This document shows positions 1 to 10,466 of a stretch of DNA of 64,000 nucleotides, one piece after another. The translations under genes were made by a program, and so were the position numbers. Position 1 is the stretch's first letter; every line of letters starts with the position of its first letter. This DNA comes from a virus. The notes below the pieces were generated by a model that worked only from the letters and a program-made list of their open reading frames with translations, was not told the origin of the DNA and did not search any database. The DNA lies in IMG/VR virus record IMGVR_UViG_3300010396_000037. One strand, 5' to 3'.

Positions 1-1035
1 AAAGCCATATGATGTTGCATGCAAGACAGTGTTGGTGTAAGGATAAATGAAATCATTACTGCATGTTACATTGAAAGTATTAGACAATGAACCAATTTGA
101 AATGTCGCTCCTGAACCAGGATCTGTATTAGACTGTGTGATAGTTATGCTCTGATCTGTGAAACCAATTGAATCAGTGGTGGTATTAACATATCCAACGC
201 CACCATCAACGATCTGAAAATTCACAACACCATTCTTAGGCTCAACTGCTGACACAACACCCACAGCATTAATTGCTGGATTGGTTTCTGTTGTAGCAAG
301 GAAGACGTTTAGATTATCACCAATATCAAAATCTAGACCACCTTGATAGACTAACACTCCACCTAGAGATCCTACTATGTAAGGTGTATTCAATGAATCC
401 ATCAGCATACTGCTAAATTTGATAGCTTCATTGGGAATGAATGTTCCTGATATATTGCTAACATATAGAAGATAAGAACTCTTGCTCTTTGAGAGCATCC
501 TTCTTTCAAACCGATACACATAAGCAGTTGCACCAGATTGTGCTCCAGTTACTATGCTTCCTTCAGTTTTCACCAATACAGGACTGTAAGACACTTCTAT
601 GTAATTCTCTTCATTCCAAATACCATCTGATGTTTTGAAAAGATCATTGCCTGGTCTATACACATCAACATCTTCGCCATAAAGAGCATTAAACAAATAT
701 TTTATGCCTTGGGTTGAACCTTTCATCCCGATGATTTGTTTGATGTTCTTAACCAGTGATCTTACATCAGCATCAGAGAAATTGGCAAGAGGTATACCCT
801 GTAGATATTTGGTTTCAAAGTGAGACAGATATTGAGGCAGAGTGGTGTCAATGTCTCTGTTAAGCATTAATGCTTGAGACTTTGCGTCAATGTTACCTTC
901 TAATCCAAGCCATGTGTAATAGGCCTGAAGGAAGGCAATGAACAAAGGACCATTCTGTCTATAGATAGAAGGTAATTGTTGAGGAATATATGGAGCTTGA
1001 TTTGTTTCTAGTGAAAATATATCAGGCGTTGACAT
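1..1035 (-). CDS. Baseplate wedge subunit, gp7-like (partial, runs off the window)
   Basis: Manual translation MSTPDIFSLETNQAPYIPQQLPSIYRQNGPLFIAFLQAYYTWL...KGSTQGIKYLFNALYGEDVDVYRPG...; start overlaps the gp6 stop; usual position after gp6. Confidence 0.75.
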   Translation of the reverse strand, partial: MSTPDIFSLETNQAPYIPQQLPSIYRQNGPLFIAFLQAYYTWLGLEGNIDAKSQALMLNRDIDTTLPQYLSHFETKYLQGIPLANFSDADVRSLVKNIKQIIGMKGSTQGIKYLFNALYGEDVDVYRPGNDLFKTSDGIWNEENYIEVSYSPVLVKTEGSIVTGAQSGATAYVYRFERRMLSKSKSSYLLYVSNISGTFIPNEAIKFSSMLMDSLNTPYIVGSLGGVLVYQGGLDFDIGDNLNVFLATTETNPAINAVGVVSAVEPKNGVVNFQIVDGGVGYVNTTTDSIGFTDQSITITQSNTDPGSGATFQIGSLSNTFNVTCSNDFIYPYTNTVLHATSYGF

Positions 1036-2839
1036 ATGGCACCACGTTGACGGTTACATTTTGTGGTGTAATAGAAAGAATCTGACTGCTCCCAGCTATA
1101 ATGTCTGAAGAGTGAAGTTGAGCTGTGAAAGATAAAACATTAGATGAGGAAGGCATCGCTTGAATAATAAATGGAACGATAGAAACTTGCCCTGTAGCAT
1201 AATCCACAGAACCAACAGATGGAGTCAAAACAATTTCTGTATTGCTGGCCATTACAACATTTAATACACCCAAACCATTATCCTGAATCAAAGCTTGTGT
1301 GTTTGAAGTGTAATAGAACACAGAACTAGAAAACACTGGGCTGAAACTAGAAGGATAAAGAGTTGGAGATGAAAATGGGTAGTACAGAGGATTCTGATAA
1401 TTGAAGGAATAACCTGTAACCACTCCAACAGGAGGTATGTAATTCTTAATTAAAGATGTTGTGAATTGCATACTGATTATTGAAGCGTCGATAGCAGTAA
1501 TGCTATTTGACAATGGTGTTTCCCAGAAACTTGCACCGAACTTCTCTAGACTCGTCTGATCATATGTTAGGATCGTGTCAACGATTTCTGCTGTCAACTC
1601 TTGTGGGGATGAAGAAGTCTTCAATGGATTGTAAGCAACAGTGCATTCAAGATTGATATTGTAGATATCTGGTTGTATGACTTTTGCTGTTAAACCCAAA
1701 GACATAATAGGTTGCAAGAATCCAATCACTTCATCCGCAAGATTTGAGGGAATGAAATCTAATCCTGCGAGTTTTCCACTTACCAACACGATTCCATATT
1801 GTTTTTGAGGTGTAGCATCCTCACCACCATAAGCTGCAACTGATTGAAATTGCGGGAAATTATCTTGGATTAATTCCTTATAATCATCTGGAGTAATAGC
1901 TTTTCCCTGGGTCTGGTAGTATCTAGGAGCTGAGAACTGGACGCTTTCACTTGTTTCTCGTTCAGATCCTCCAGCAGCGATTGTATTGGCGGCAGATATG
2001 TTGATAGTGACACCAACCAATCCTGTATTGGACATGGGGCTGAAGTTCCCAACACCATTGCCACCTGTCCCAGATGTTTCCCTGTAATTAACAGTGACTA
2101 TATTGCCAGGAGATAAAGCAGCTCCAATCCTACCATTTCCAAACACTATCTGATAATAATTGTCTCTATATCCTTGCAAGAACCAAACTTGACTGTTAGA
2201 TGTTACACCAGAGAATCCTGAAGAATAATTCCAAGTCGCGGTTGTTAGGTCAGAAACTGAATTCTGCACACTCACATAGATGGAAGTGGTGTCAACATTT
2301 GCAGACTCCAACCCGAACAGACTTGAATTACCAGCCATGGTGTTGGAAACGAAAGTTTCTGTAATCAGTCTGCCTTCATAGAAGTTGACATTGGCAGTCC
2401 AATTATTCTCAGAAGTTAATACAGTTGGAGTATCCGTGATAAATGTTAATGAGGAACCATTAGAACCAGTCGCTGAAACAGCAAATCCTGTTGGTAAAAC
2501 AACCACTCCTGGTATATCATTGCCTCCCAATTGAACCTCAAGATTAACAAATGCAGAGGTTCTAGAGCGAGGGGAATAGTTTAGTTCTTTTGCGTGAGAA
2601 ACAATAGACTCCCTCAACTGCGCTGAATCAAGAAACATCTCACTAGCAGCAAAGTTAAGATAAAATGCTTTCAGTGTGGTGTTGTATGTTAACAGGTCTA
2701 ACAATACAGAAATGTTTGAACCTTCATAATTCCAATCTTTAAACAAGTCTTGTTGACTCATGAAGAGTTTCAAGGACTGTTTAAGTGTCTGAAAGTCTAA
2801 TTCTGAACTCGTTAGATAACCTGGTGTTGTATTTGCCAT
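1022..2839 (-). CDS. gp6: Baseplate wedge subunit gp6
   Basis: LDFQTLKQSL..FKDWNYEGS..LLDLL..N..EMFLDSAQLRESIVSHAKELNYSPRS; APRYYQTQGKAITPDDY. Confidence 0.95.
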   Translation of the reverse strand: MANTTPGYLTSSELDFQTLKQSLKLFMSQQDLFKDWNYEGSNISVLLDLLTYNTTLKAFYLNFAASEMFLDSAQLRESIVSHAKELNYSPRSRTSAFVNLEVQLGGNDIPGVVVLPTGFAVSATGSNGSSLTFITDTPTVLTSENNWTANVNFYEGRLITETFVSNTMAGNSSLFGLESANVDTTSIYVSVQNSVSDLTTATWNYSSGFSGVTSNSQVWFLQGYRDNYYQIVFGNGRIGAALSPGNIVTVNYRETSGTGGNGVGNFSPMSNTGLVGVTINISAANTIAAGGSERETSESVQFSAPRYYQTQGKAITPDDYKELIQDNFPQFQSVAAYGGEDATPQKQYGIVLVSGKLAGLDFIPSNLADEVIGFLQPIMSLGLTAKVIQPDIYNINLECTVAYNPLKTSSSPQELTAEIVDTILTYDQTSLEKFGASFWETPLSNSITAIDASIISMQFTTSLIKNYIPPVGVVTGYSFNYQNPLYYPFSSPTLYPSSFSPVFSSSVFYYTSNTQALIQDNGLGVLNVVMASNTEIVLTPSVGSVDYATGQVSIVPFIIQAMPSSSNVLSFTAQLHSSDIIAGSSQILSITPQNVTVNVVPYVNA

Positions 2840-2840
2840 C

Positions 2841-3224
2841 TCAACGAACTCTCAACAAAGGGATAGATAAAGTTTGTACAGCAGGAAATTGTCCGACGGA
2901 GTAGATGATAGTTGCAGAATACCCAGTCTGTTGTGGATAAGCAACACATTTCACATCAATTAAATTAACTCTTGGTTCATAGTTCTGAATAGTGGTCTTG
3001 ATATATTCTTGAATCAACTTGGTCACACCACTATCTGGAGTTTCAAACAAAAGAGCTTGCAAGTCTGTACCAATATAAGGATCAAGCAATCTTTCATAAC
3101 GGTTGGTTAGAATCAAATTCTTTAGAGATGCTCTAACCGCATTCTCATTCACAACCATACCCAAATCTCTTGAAAGAGGATTCTGAAGGAAAGCTGTTGA
3201 GAAATCAGAGTAAATGGTATTCAT
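2841..3224 (-). CDS. gp25: Baseplate wedge subunit gp25
   Basis: YSD..NPLSRDL..NENAVRASLKNLILT..ER..P..G..LFE..IQNYEPRV. Confidence 0.93.
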   Translation of the reverse strand: MNTIYSDFSTAFLQNPLSRDLGMVVNENAVRASLKNLILTNRYERLLDPYIGTDLQALLFETPDSGVTKLIQEYIKTTIQNYEPRVNLIDVKCVAYPQQTGYSATIIYSVGQFPAVQTLSIPLLRVR

Positions 3225-3232
3225 CGTGTTAT

Positions 3233-4222
3233 TTATTGTACAAATCTTGGTATCTTAACAGCAGGCACGTCAGGAGGTTCAGCTGCTGCTGATGCAGGTT
3301 GACTTTCACCTGATTCAATTTCAATCGCATCTGCATCCACAGCAAAGAGAGGTCCACCACTCACACTCACGCCTTCACCCTGCACATTCAATTGCGCACC
3401 ACCCTTAATATCCATTTCTCCCTGAGAAGTAATTTTCAGGGATTCAGAAGCACTGATCACAATGTCTTTTCCGCCTAATGTTAAAGTTTTTCCAGCGAGC
3501 AAATTCATGTTGCCTGAAGACGTGATGTTACAATCTCCACCCACTATGACATTCTGCCCATTTGCCACCACTTCAAACTTATCTCCTACAGAACGATGTA
3601 CAATGCTACCATTTGGATGCACTTCCGTGAATGTTCCGGATGCATGAAATATCTGAATGCGTTCAACACCATCAGTGTCATCTAGTTCTATTACATTACC
3701 ACCATCTGTATGAATCACATGATTGTGAGGATATTTGGCATTGTACTCGCTCTTGGGTTCAGACCAATTACCACCAGAAGCAGTCGGCACATCAGAAGTA
3801 ATGCTGCCACGTGAGTACGAAATGGGGTTATTCGTTGATAGATCTGCCCGAGCCAATGGCGAAGTGGTAGGCTTGTTCACTACCTTGGGATAGATGCCTG
3901 ATGGGTCAGAAAATCCCCTAGATTTGTCTTGTGGTCCTGGGATACCATCCAGTTTGATAATGATGATGGGTTGCTGCGCTTGTTTACCATCTAAAAAAAT
4001 GCCAAAAACCCAGTCACCTGGCAAGACCATTGGAGCAGACATTGAAGCTGATCCATTTCCAAAAGTGGCCCAAGGAAGTTGTTCTGTTGGAAGAGATGCT
4101 CTGTCCTCTGTATGATACTGGAGGCATCGAACACGCACGCGATTCACACCTTCTGGATCATTGATATCTTCAACGACGCCAATGAACCATGACATTTGAT
4201 AGAAAGGATGTGCTGCGCTCAT
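3233..4222 (-). CDS. gp5: Baseplate hub/central spike gp5 (OB-fold plus beta-helix, no lysozyme domain)
   Basis: WFIGVVEDINDP..RVRVRC..H..LPWA; YPHNHV..GNVIELDDT.G.ERI...H.SGTFTE. Confidence 0.92.
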   Translation of the reverse strand: MSAAHPFYQMSWFIGVVEDINDPEGVNRVRVRCLQYHTEDRASLPTEQLPWATFGNGSASMSAPMVLPGDWVFGIFLDGKQAQQPIIIIKLDGIPGPQDKSRGFSDPSGIYPKVVNKPTTSPLARADLSTNNPISYSRGSITSDVPTASGGNWSEPKSEYNAKYPHNHVIHTDGGNVIELDDTDGVERIQIFHASGTFTEVHPNGSIVHRSVGDKFEVVANGQNVIVGGDCNITSSGNMNLLAGKTLTLGGKDIVISASESLKITSQGEMDIKGGAQLNVQGEGVSVSGGPLFAVDADAIEIESGESQPASAAAEPPDVPAVKIPRFVQ

Positions 4223-4818
4223 GCTATTGTCTCTCTTGCTCTTCTAATTTGTTGAGAAATTCTCATCTTGTTTTTGGTTTCTTCTGAAAATATTCTCCCT
4301 TGTCTGGCTTTCTTCAGATTTTCTTTATGCTTCTCCGAATGCGGTATCCCTTTATTCCAAGACGGTTTCCCTATATGAGAATCAGACATTTTTGCTCTCG
4401 TTGAATCATCAAAATGTTTTCCTTTATTCCAAGGTGTCCTTCCCTTATTATAAACCGACAATTTCTTTCTGGTAGACTTAGATACCACTCTACCCTTCGG
4501 ACATATAAACTTTGTGCCACCATTGTGTTTGTTATACCATCTGGGATTTCTAGCTGCATCGAAGAATGTTAAAATTTGCTCTTCCCAATATCTACATTGT
4601 TTGGTTGTTCCATACACCAAAATATCTCTACTAAAATCTTCTGACCTCTTTGAATATTCTTCAAACATATGATTTACGCGCACATCTCTGCCCATGTCCT
4701 TCCTGTAACATCCGTCACAAATATATCCATCATCTATAGATCCTTTATGATATCCTACATAATTCATATCTAATTTAGAATCATACCAATTATAGAGAAA
4801 TGCTTCTTGAATATTCAT
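4219..4818 (-). mobile_element. Free-standing Seg-like GIY-YIG homing endonuclease with NUMOD3-like repeats
   Basis: FLY..YVGYHKG..DDGY N-terminal domain, WYN motif, repeated KG..(P/S)WNKG / KMSDSH; likely start 4818 (GGAGG upstream, ATGA overlap). Confidence 0.8.
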
Positions 4819-6128
4819 ATTATCTGCGAACCGACCTCCGTGTAGATATCTTTGGAAGGACCATCTGATGCAACATCGCAAAATGTTTTATAGATCTCAC
4901 CTACTCTAACCGCATGATGCAGATTAATGATTAGATATTGACCACTCATCAAAGCATCTGGTCTTGGTTGCGTCACGCCTGATATTTCATTCGTTGAAAT
5001 CTTGATCAGATGACCTGCACGCATTTGCGCGTTGCCATTCAAATGCAAATGATAGTTGATCTGCTTAAACAATCCATGTTGTGCCATAGCCTTGTGGAAA
5101 TTATCTGCGAAGGTGTTTACAACTCCATAAGCACTTGGATCACCTTTCACCGCAACAAAGCTTCTCACTCCCATTATATTGTTGTTAGACTCTGTTACCC
5201 AATCATTGTAATTATGACTCAAATCAACAACAGGTTTTTTACCCAATAACTGCACAGATTGGTAGTTATCTTGATAGTTGAATGTCTTAGATTTAATGCT
5301 TCGATTCATATGATTGAACTGAATCAATTCATTCTCGAAGACACCTGACATTCTGCTTTTCTGGCTAGATATTCCATGATGCACATAATCTATGATACGA
5401 TAGAAATCAGTTTGATCGCCATTCTGATTCATATCTATGCTTAGATTGTAGTTCCAGACATTATTGGACTGCTGGGCATCTGATACGATCCCTTTCAGAC
5501 TCTTGAAATAGAATCCATCCACATCTTGATAGAAATAGAATTGTTGGCCTGCACCATTCTTTGATGATACAGCATGCGGACATACAGACTTGATACAATC
5601 ATAGGGAGCATGCATTGTGCTGATGTACTTCAAAGTCTCTGTTGTTTGTTCTATTGTCAAGTTTGCAGAATTGATTTCTAATAGATTGGTGGCTATATCC
5701 TTAATGATGTTGCTGGTCTTGTCATTGTAGGACTTTGCTACTGTTGCTTTCTTGTTTACCAGTGCGCTCTTATCAACAGCTGAAATGCTGTAAGTTCTTG
5801 CTTTGGAGTTATTGATTCGATTGCTGTTATGAATAGTCAATATATTCAAAGTGATATCTACTTTCTTGGAGTCCTTCTGTCTGTTAAACAACAAAAGATG
5901 TAATTGGTCTCCTGGTTGGATTCCATAATTGACGAAAGCATTAGCTGCATCAACAATTTCAACAACCATGCTTATCGACATATTATTCAAACTCTCATAC
6001 ACATCTATTGCTGTTGCCATGCTACCAATATCTATAACTCTGTCACTGCCATTCTTGATCAATTGTAGACCATAGGCGAACTCATCAACCTTGTTCTTGT
6101 TATGGTAGTAGAGAACAGGCGTGGTCAT
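4815..6128 (-). CDS. Baseplate hub protein (gp27-like)
   Basis: 437 aa between gp53 and gp5; IDVYESL..., FYFYQD..GFYFKSL, GN..MRAG..I, SGQYLI..LHH. Confidence 0.7.
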   Translation of the reverse strand: MTTPVLYYHNKNKVDEFAYGLQLIKNGSDRVIDIGSMATAIDVYESLNNMSISMVVEIVDAANAFVNYGIQPGDQLHLLLFNRQKDSKKVDITLNILTIHNSNRINNSKARTYSISAVDKSALVNKKATVAKSYNDKTSNIIKDIATNLLEINSANLTIEQTTETLKYISTMHAPYDCIKSVCPHAVSSKNGAGQQFYFYQDVDGFYFKSLKGIVSDAQQSNNVWNYNLSIDMNQNGDQTDFYRIIDYVHHGISSQKSRMSGVFENELIQFNHMNRSIKSKTFNYQDNYQSVQLLGKKPVVDLSHNYNDWVTESNNNIMGVRSFVAVKGDPSAYGVVNTFADNFHKAMAQHGLFKQINYHLHLNGNAQMRAGHLIKISTNEISGVTQPRPDALMSGQYLIINLHHAVRVGEIYKTFCDVASDGPSKDIYTEVGSQII

Positions 6129-6655
6129 TGTTGAAGAAGCGATTCAAGCTCAAAGAGCAGGTTGGGTGCTATGTTCTTGTCAATCAACTGTATGTTTCTC
6201 ATGCTCTCATTTGTATTCCATTCATCTTGATAAGCTGACACGGAATTGAATAAAGTTTGTTTCTGACCAGAGAAATGGCTATAACTCGTTGGGGTCACAA
6301 TAGGATAAGTTGAATCAGTTTTATGCTGATAATATAGAATGGTAGACTGAGCATTTGCTTGCGAACCATATTTGTCTGCAATGTATGCATCAAAGTCAGC
6401 TTGAGATTTGACCCATTGACTGGTGAAGTCAGTTATATCATTTGCAACAGCGATTAACCAAACATAGGAGATATCATTGTAATAATTGAAAGCTACGACT
6501 GTAGGCGTCTCACCTTCTTTTACAGTGTATGGATACAACAATGTATTGTTCTGAATGATATTGTCAGGGATCTTAACAGATAATGTAATATTTCTTAATT
6601 TTCTGTTCGTGTACTTATCAACCACCAATGGAAAGTTCTCGAAGAAATCTGTCAT
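6125..6655 (-). CDS. gp53: Baseplate wedge subunit gp53
   Basis: FFENFP, YTVKEGETP..VA..YY....VWLI...NDI.D (LysM-like), NE..R.I.LI. Confidence 0.9.
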   Translation of the reverse strand: MTDFFENFPLVVDKYTNRKLRNITLSVKIPDNIIQNNTLLYPYTVKEGETPTVVAFNYYNDISYVWLIAVANDITDFTSQWVKSQADFDAYIADKYGSQANAQSTILYYQHKTDSTYPIVTPTSYSHFSGQKQTLFNSVSAYQDEWNTNESMRNIQLIDKNIAPNLLFELESLLQQ

Positions 6656-6658
6656 CTT

Positions 6659-7675
6659 TTATTCCCCAAGAGTTGATGGTTGAAATATGCTATCCGTACC
6701 AGACTTAGACTCATCAACAGCTGGCGCACTGTCTTTATATCCAGAGTCATCAAAAGCTTCGCGTGTAAGTTGTTGAATTTCTTGAATTCCCAGATTCAGG
6801 GTCACGGCTGTTGGAGCTTTGCTGGTGCCGAAGAATGAAGCTTGTCCGAATGGAGCATAATCCATAGATACAGATGTGATCGCAGCTCTAGCGAACTGAT
6901 AGAGATACTGTGTTCCATAGTAGGAAATTTCAACTTCATCAGGCATATTCAAAAAGAAAGTCTGTCCTTGCACTTGTTGCGACCCTTGATTTTTGTAGGG
7001 AAGAGAATGATACATAAAGGCATCACAGATCTTCTTGATGGCATCAGATTCAGCTTGACTTGTCGCAACCATATAGAAAGATAGTTGATAGGATCGAGAT
7101 TGCACATTCCTGAAAGTTGCAACATTGAAAGGATTGATTACATTTCCTAACATCTGGTCAATAGCGGCTTCTCCAGATGCGCCACCTAGCAGTTTGCTGG
7201 CTGCTGCTTTTCTCAAAGCATATTGAGCTATGTTTCCTGCGTCATTCAATGCTTCGCCGAAATTCTCTATGGCACCACCAAGAGCTCCTTTATTATCAGC
7301 TGCTTTCTTCCAATCCTCCGCAAATTGTGCGCCAGCCTTCGCCGCGAATCCTAGAATACCAGTATCTACACCTGCATAATTCAATCCCAATTGCATCTGT
7401 AATTGAATAGGTAATGGAAGTGAAATTGATGCGCCATTCATGCTGCTAATGAATTTGGTGTTTGTTTTCTGACTCTGATAATCGTATTTCACGAAGCGAA
7501 ACAGAGTGCCAAATTGAATTGATTCTGAAGGAAAACGCAACATCTTGGAAGAAGGACTAACTCCATTCTGGGTCTCTGCCATTGCATTTTCTACAGGTGA
7601 TAATGATATTGGTTGTGACGTGCTTATGTTAGGCACATCATACGGAAGAGATGTGAATGGCGGAACAGACGACAT
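6659..7675 (-). CDS. gp48: Baseplate tail-tube cap gp48
   Basis: ISLPLP..L...Y; NP....F.....R.Y...F; P.....Y; L.IQEI..LTR. Confidence 0.85.
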   Translation of the reverse strand: MSSVPPFTSLPYDVPNISTSQPISLSPVENAMAETQNGVSPSSKMLRFPSESIQFGTLFRFVKYDYQSQKTNTKFISSMNGASISLPLPIQLQMQLGLNYAGVDTGILGFAAKAGAQFAEDWKKAADNKGALGGAIENFGEALNDAGNIAQYALRKAAASKLLGGASGEAAIDQMLGNVINPFNVATFRNVQSRSYQLSFYMVATSQAESDAIKKICDAFMYHSLPYKNQGSQQVQGQTFFLNMPDEVEISYYGTQYLYQFARAAITSVSMDYAPFGQASFFGTSKAPTAVTLNLGIQEIQQLTREAFDDSGYKDSAPAVDESKSGTDSIFQPSTLGE

Positions 7676-7687
7676 TAGAATGCCTGA

Positions 7688-7714
7688 CTAAATAGAGTTC
7701 TAGCGAATATTTAG
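7688..7714. promoter_or_regulatory. Pair of oppositely oriented late promoters (CTAAATA + at 7688-7694; - at 7708-7714)
   Basis: Variant of the T4 gp55 late box TATAAATA between divergent gp48 and gp4. Confidence 0.75.
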
Positions 7715-7727
7715 CTTAATTTCTCAG

Positions 7728-8174
7728 ATGCCCCAATATCTCCAAGGACGTTACAGCCCAATCAACACGAACAAATATCTAGGCAACCCAACCAAGATAT
7801 TCTACAGATCATCATTAGAACTGGCTTTCATGCGATATTGCGATTTACATGAAGGTATTGTAGGATGGTCGAGTGAAGAAATTATAGTTCCTTATCGTGA
7901 TCCATCTAGAGGGAACAAATTACATCGTTATTTTCCAGATTTTTTCATAAAAAAGAAAGATACAGATGGGTCGGTAAAATCAGTCATGGTTGAGATTAAA
8001 CCAAGCTCACAGCTGAAACCACCTATAAGGAAATCAAGATTGACAAAGAGATATATCAATGAAGCTGTTGAGTATGCTAGAAATGATGCAAAATGGGATG
8101 CGGCCAAAGCATATTGCAAACAAAGAAATTGGCAATTCATAGTTCTTACAGAAAAAGAGATCCTAGGGAAGTAA
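7728..8174 (+). CDS. gp4: Head completion protein gp4 (TnsA-like nuclease fold)
   Basis: GRYSP.N..KYLGNP..I.YRSSLE..FM..CD....W.SEE..VPY..HRYFPDF..VEIKP..N.AKW.AA. Confidence 0.95.
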   Translation: MPQYLQGRYSPINTNKYLGNPTKIFYRSSLELAFMRYCDLHEGIVGWSSEEIIVPYRDPSRGNKLHRYFPDFFIKKKDTDGSVKSVMVEIKPSSQLKPPIRKSRLTKRYINEAVEYARNDAKWDAAKAYCKQRNWQFIVLTEKEILGK

Positions 8175-8175
8175 C

Positions 8176-8811
8176 ATGCCAGGCATTCGTTTTACAGAGT
8201 CTGTTTTCGATAAAATATGGCGTGAAGCCTCTGCAACGAATGTCAATCTAGCAGAAAAGAACAAACAAGCTATTCAATGGTTGGCTGACACTGTTTCCAA
8301 TCGCCCAGGAAGAATTTCTGATCAACAGCTACATGGCAATTACAAAAATTATGCGCAGTCAGTGAATCAGAATGATGCTGGCAGATTGTATCTATTTCAC
8401 TACTATCCAAAATATCACCAAACACTTCCCTATTATGACACCTTCCCGCTGGTGATACCGATTGAATTCTACACAGGATCATCAGCAGGATTTCTAGGTC
8501 TGAATCTGCATTATCTTGAACCCATCAAACGTTTGAAATTGTTAGATGGCCTATTGGAGAGTTTTCAGACCACGAGCGGGAACAGAATGTTCCTGACTTA
8601 CAAACTTCTGAAAGGTGTTTCACAGACAGGACTTTACAAACCTTGTGTCAAACGTTATCTCACTAAACAATTGCGATCCAATTTCATCCCCATTGAAAGA
8701 AAGAATTGGGAAATAGCTCTGTTCTTGCCGGTTGCAAGATTTAAGAAACAATCACAACAGTTTGTATGGAGTCAATCTAACCAAGTTGCTGGATTGCATC
8801 ACAGGATATAG
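8176..8811 (+). CDS. gp2: DNA end protector protein gp2
   Basis: G.LYLF.Y.PK...LPYYDTFPLV..GFLGLNLHYL.P..R..LL; KPCVKRYL; W..ALFLPV..F. Confidence 0.95.
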   Translation: MPGIRFTESVFDKIWREASATNVNLAEKNKQAIQWLADTVSNRPGRISDQQLHGNYKNYAQSVNQNDAGRLYLFHYYPKYHQTLPYYDTFPLVIPIEFYTGSSAGFLGLNLHYLEPIKRLKLLDGLLESFQTTSGNRMFLTYKLLKGVSQTGLYKPCVKRYLTKQLRSNFIPIERKNWEIALFLPVARFKKQSQQFVWSQSNQVAGLHHRI

Positions 8812-8815
8812 AAGA

Positions 8816-9652
8816 ATGTTCAATATTGAAGATTTCAAAAGTCAGAACAGAATGGGGTTCAGTCGCAACTCCTACTTTTATATGTCTATCTATCCTCCAA
8901 GATTTTGGGCGGGACAAAATACATCCTTCTTGAGTTATCTATGTTCTGGAGCCCAGTTACCAGGAATAAGCATTCTTGCTCCTGATATTGCTAAATGGGG
9001 TTATGGACCCACCAGGAAATATCCTGTTGGCGTCTCACATCCTGATATTGCATTAACCATTTATTCTGATGGACAAGGCAACGCAATTGATTTCTTTGAT
9101 CAATGGACTAGGAACATTGTGGCATATGGTGATCCTCAAGGACAAGTAAATGGAACGCCATTCGGATTGGTTCAATATCCAGACAATTATCTAACAGATA
9201 TAGATCTATTCTACATGAGTGAATCTGGCAATGAGCAGGAATTAATTCGCTGTAGATTCATTGATGCTTTCCCCATCGGCATGGGTCAAATTAATGTTAA
9301 CTGGGCTGGTCGCTCGCAAATCTCACAGTTCCTTGCACCATTCAATTACAGAACTTTCTTCATAGTCAAGAATCAGGTAGACTGGGATAGTGGGTCAATC
9401 ATTCCTAATGGCATGTACTACAACAATATGTATTCCCCTCTTGATTCTGGAGACATATTCTCTGTTACATCAGGATTTGTTGGTTTGAATGGAATCACTT
9501 CTTCATTATCATCTTCACTACAGAATATTCTGTCGCCTCTAACCAACATCGCTCAAAAAGTTCAATTGGTGGGTGGTATTGTTCAGAGTGATGTAATGTC
9601 TCTGAATAGTATCATAAATAATTCGACATCTTCTTTGAATATAGGTTTTTGA
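8816..9652 (+). CDS. gp54: Baseplate tail-tube initiator gp54 (tube-like fold)
   Basis: C....LPG, GP.RKYP, FFDQW...I, YPDNY, DAFP.....W, F.Y; likely start MFNIEDFK at 8816. Confidence 0.8.
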   Translation: MFNIEDFKSQNRMGFSRNSYFYMSIYPPRFWAGQNTSFLSYLCSGAQLPGISILAPDIAKWGYGPTRKYPVGVSHPDIALTIYSDGQGNAIDFFDQWTRNIVAYGDPQGQVNGTPFGLVQYPDNYLTDIDLFYMSESGNEQELIRCRFIDAFPIGMGQINVNWAGRSQISQFLAPFNYRTFFIVKNQVDWDSGSIIPNGMYYNNMYSPLDSGDIFSVTSGFVGLNGITSSLSSSLQNILSPLTNIAQKVQLVGGIVQSDVMSLNSIINNSTSSLNIGF

Positions 9653-9653
9653 T

Positions 9654-10316
9654 ATGTCTCTACCGCAAATAAAACATCCTTTGGCTGAAATTACAGTCCC
9701 ATCATTGAAAAAGAAATTAAGATTCAGACCTTTCACGGTTGAAGAAGAAAAGATCATGTTGATGGCTGCTTCTTCAAAGAATGATTCACCTATCCTTGCA
9801 ACCAAACAAGTGTTAAACAATTGTTGCGCTGACACGTTGGATGTAGATAAGTTGGTGTCTTTTGACTTAGAATGGTTGTTTATTCAATTGCGTGCTATAT
9901 CTGTTTCTAATATTTTGGAAGTAACCATAGATGATGAAACAATTCAAGTTGATCTAAACAACGTAAAGATTGAATATCCAGCTTCAACAGACAATCGTAT
10001 TATGTTATCAGAAGAGGATAAGATTGGTGTTGTTTTGAAATATCCAACTTACAATGATTTAGAGCAATTCTCTGAATCTAAAGATGGTTCTTTAACCAAG
10101 GTTATCATAGAACAAATATTTCAGGGTGAACAAGTATTTGATCCTAAGGAATATACTGAAGAAGAGATTCAAACATTCTTAAATAGATTGTCTGTGGCAC
10201 AAATGAACAAGATAGAAACATGGATTGATAACATACCTTATGTTTATCTTGATGTTACCTTGAAAAATGGCACCACGCAGAGGCTCCGTGGTATCCGAGA
10301 TTTTTTCGCATTCTGA
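9654..10316 (+). CDS. gp26: Baseplate hub subunit gp26
   Basis: MSLPQI..P....PS....RFRPF.V.EEKI..MA; FDLE.LF.QLRA.SV; LKYPT; G..DFF. Confidence 0.93.
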   Translation: MSLPQIKHPLAEITVPSLKKKLRFRPFTVEEEKIMLMAASSKNDSPILATKQVLNNCCADTLDVDKLVSFDLEWLFIQLRAISVSNILEVTIDDETIQVDLNNVKIEYPASTDNRIMLSEEDKIGVVLKYPTYNDLEQFSESKDGSLTKVIIEQIFQGEQVFDPKEYTEEEIQTFLNRLSVAQMNKIETWIDNIPYVYLDVTLKNGTTQRLRGIRDFFAF

Positions 10317-10465
10317 TGGGATACAATAACATATCAAATTGGTATTCCACGACTAACCTACTAAGATTCCACCAAAAAATAGATGATCAGACCATTATGA
10401 ATTGGTTACCTTTTGAAAGAGATATCTATATGGATTTAATTGCAAAAGAGATAAAGAAGAGTTAA
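10316..10465 (+). CDS. gp51: Baseplate hub assembly protein gp51 (49 aa, missed by the ORF track)
   Basis: Manual translation MGYNNISNWYSTTNLLRFHQKIDDQTIMNWLPFERDIYMDLIAKEIKKS; P(F/W)ER.IY motif; between gp26 and tape measure. Confidence 0.85.
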   Translation: MGYNNISNWYSTTNLLRFHQKIDDQTIMNWLPFERDIYMDLIAKEIKKS

Positions 10466-10466
10466 C

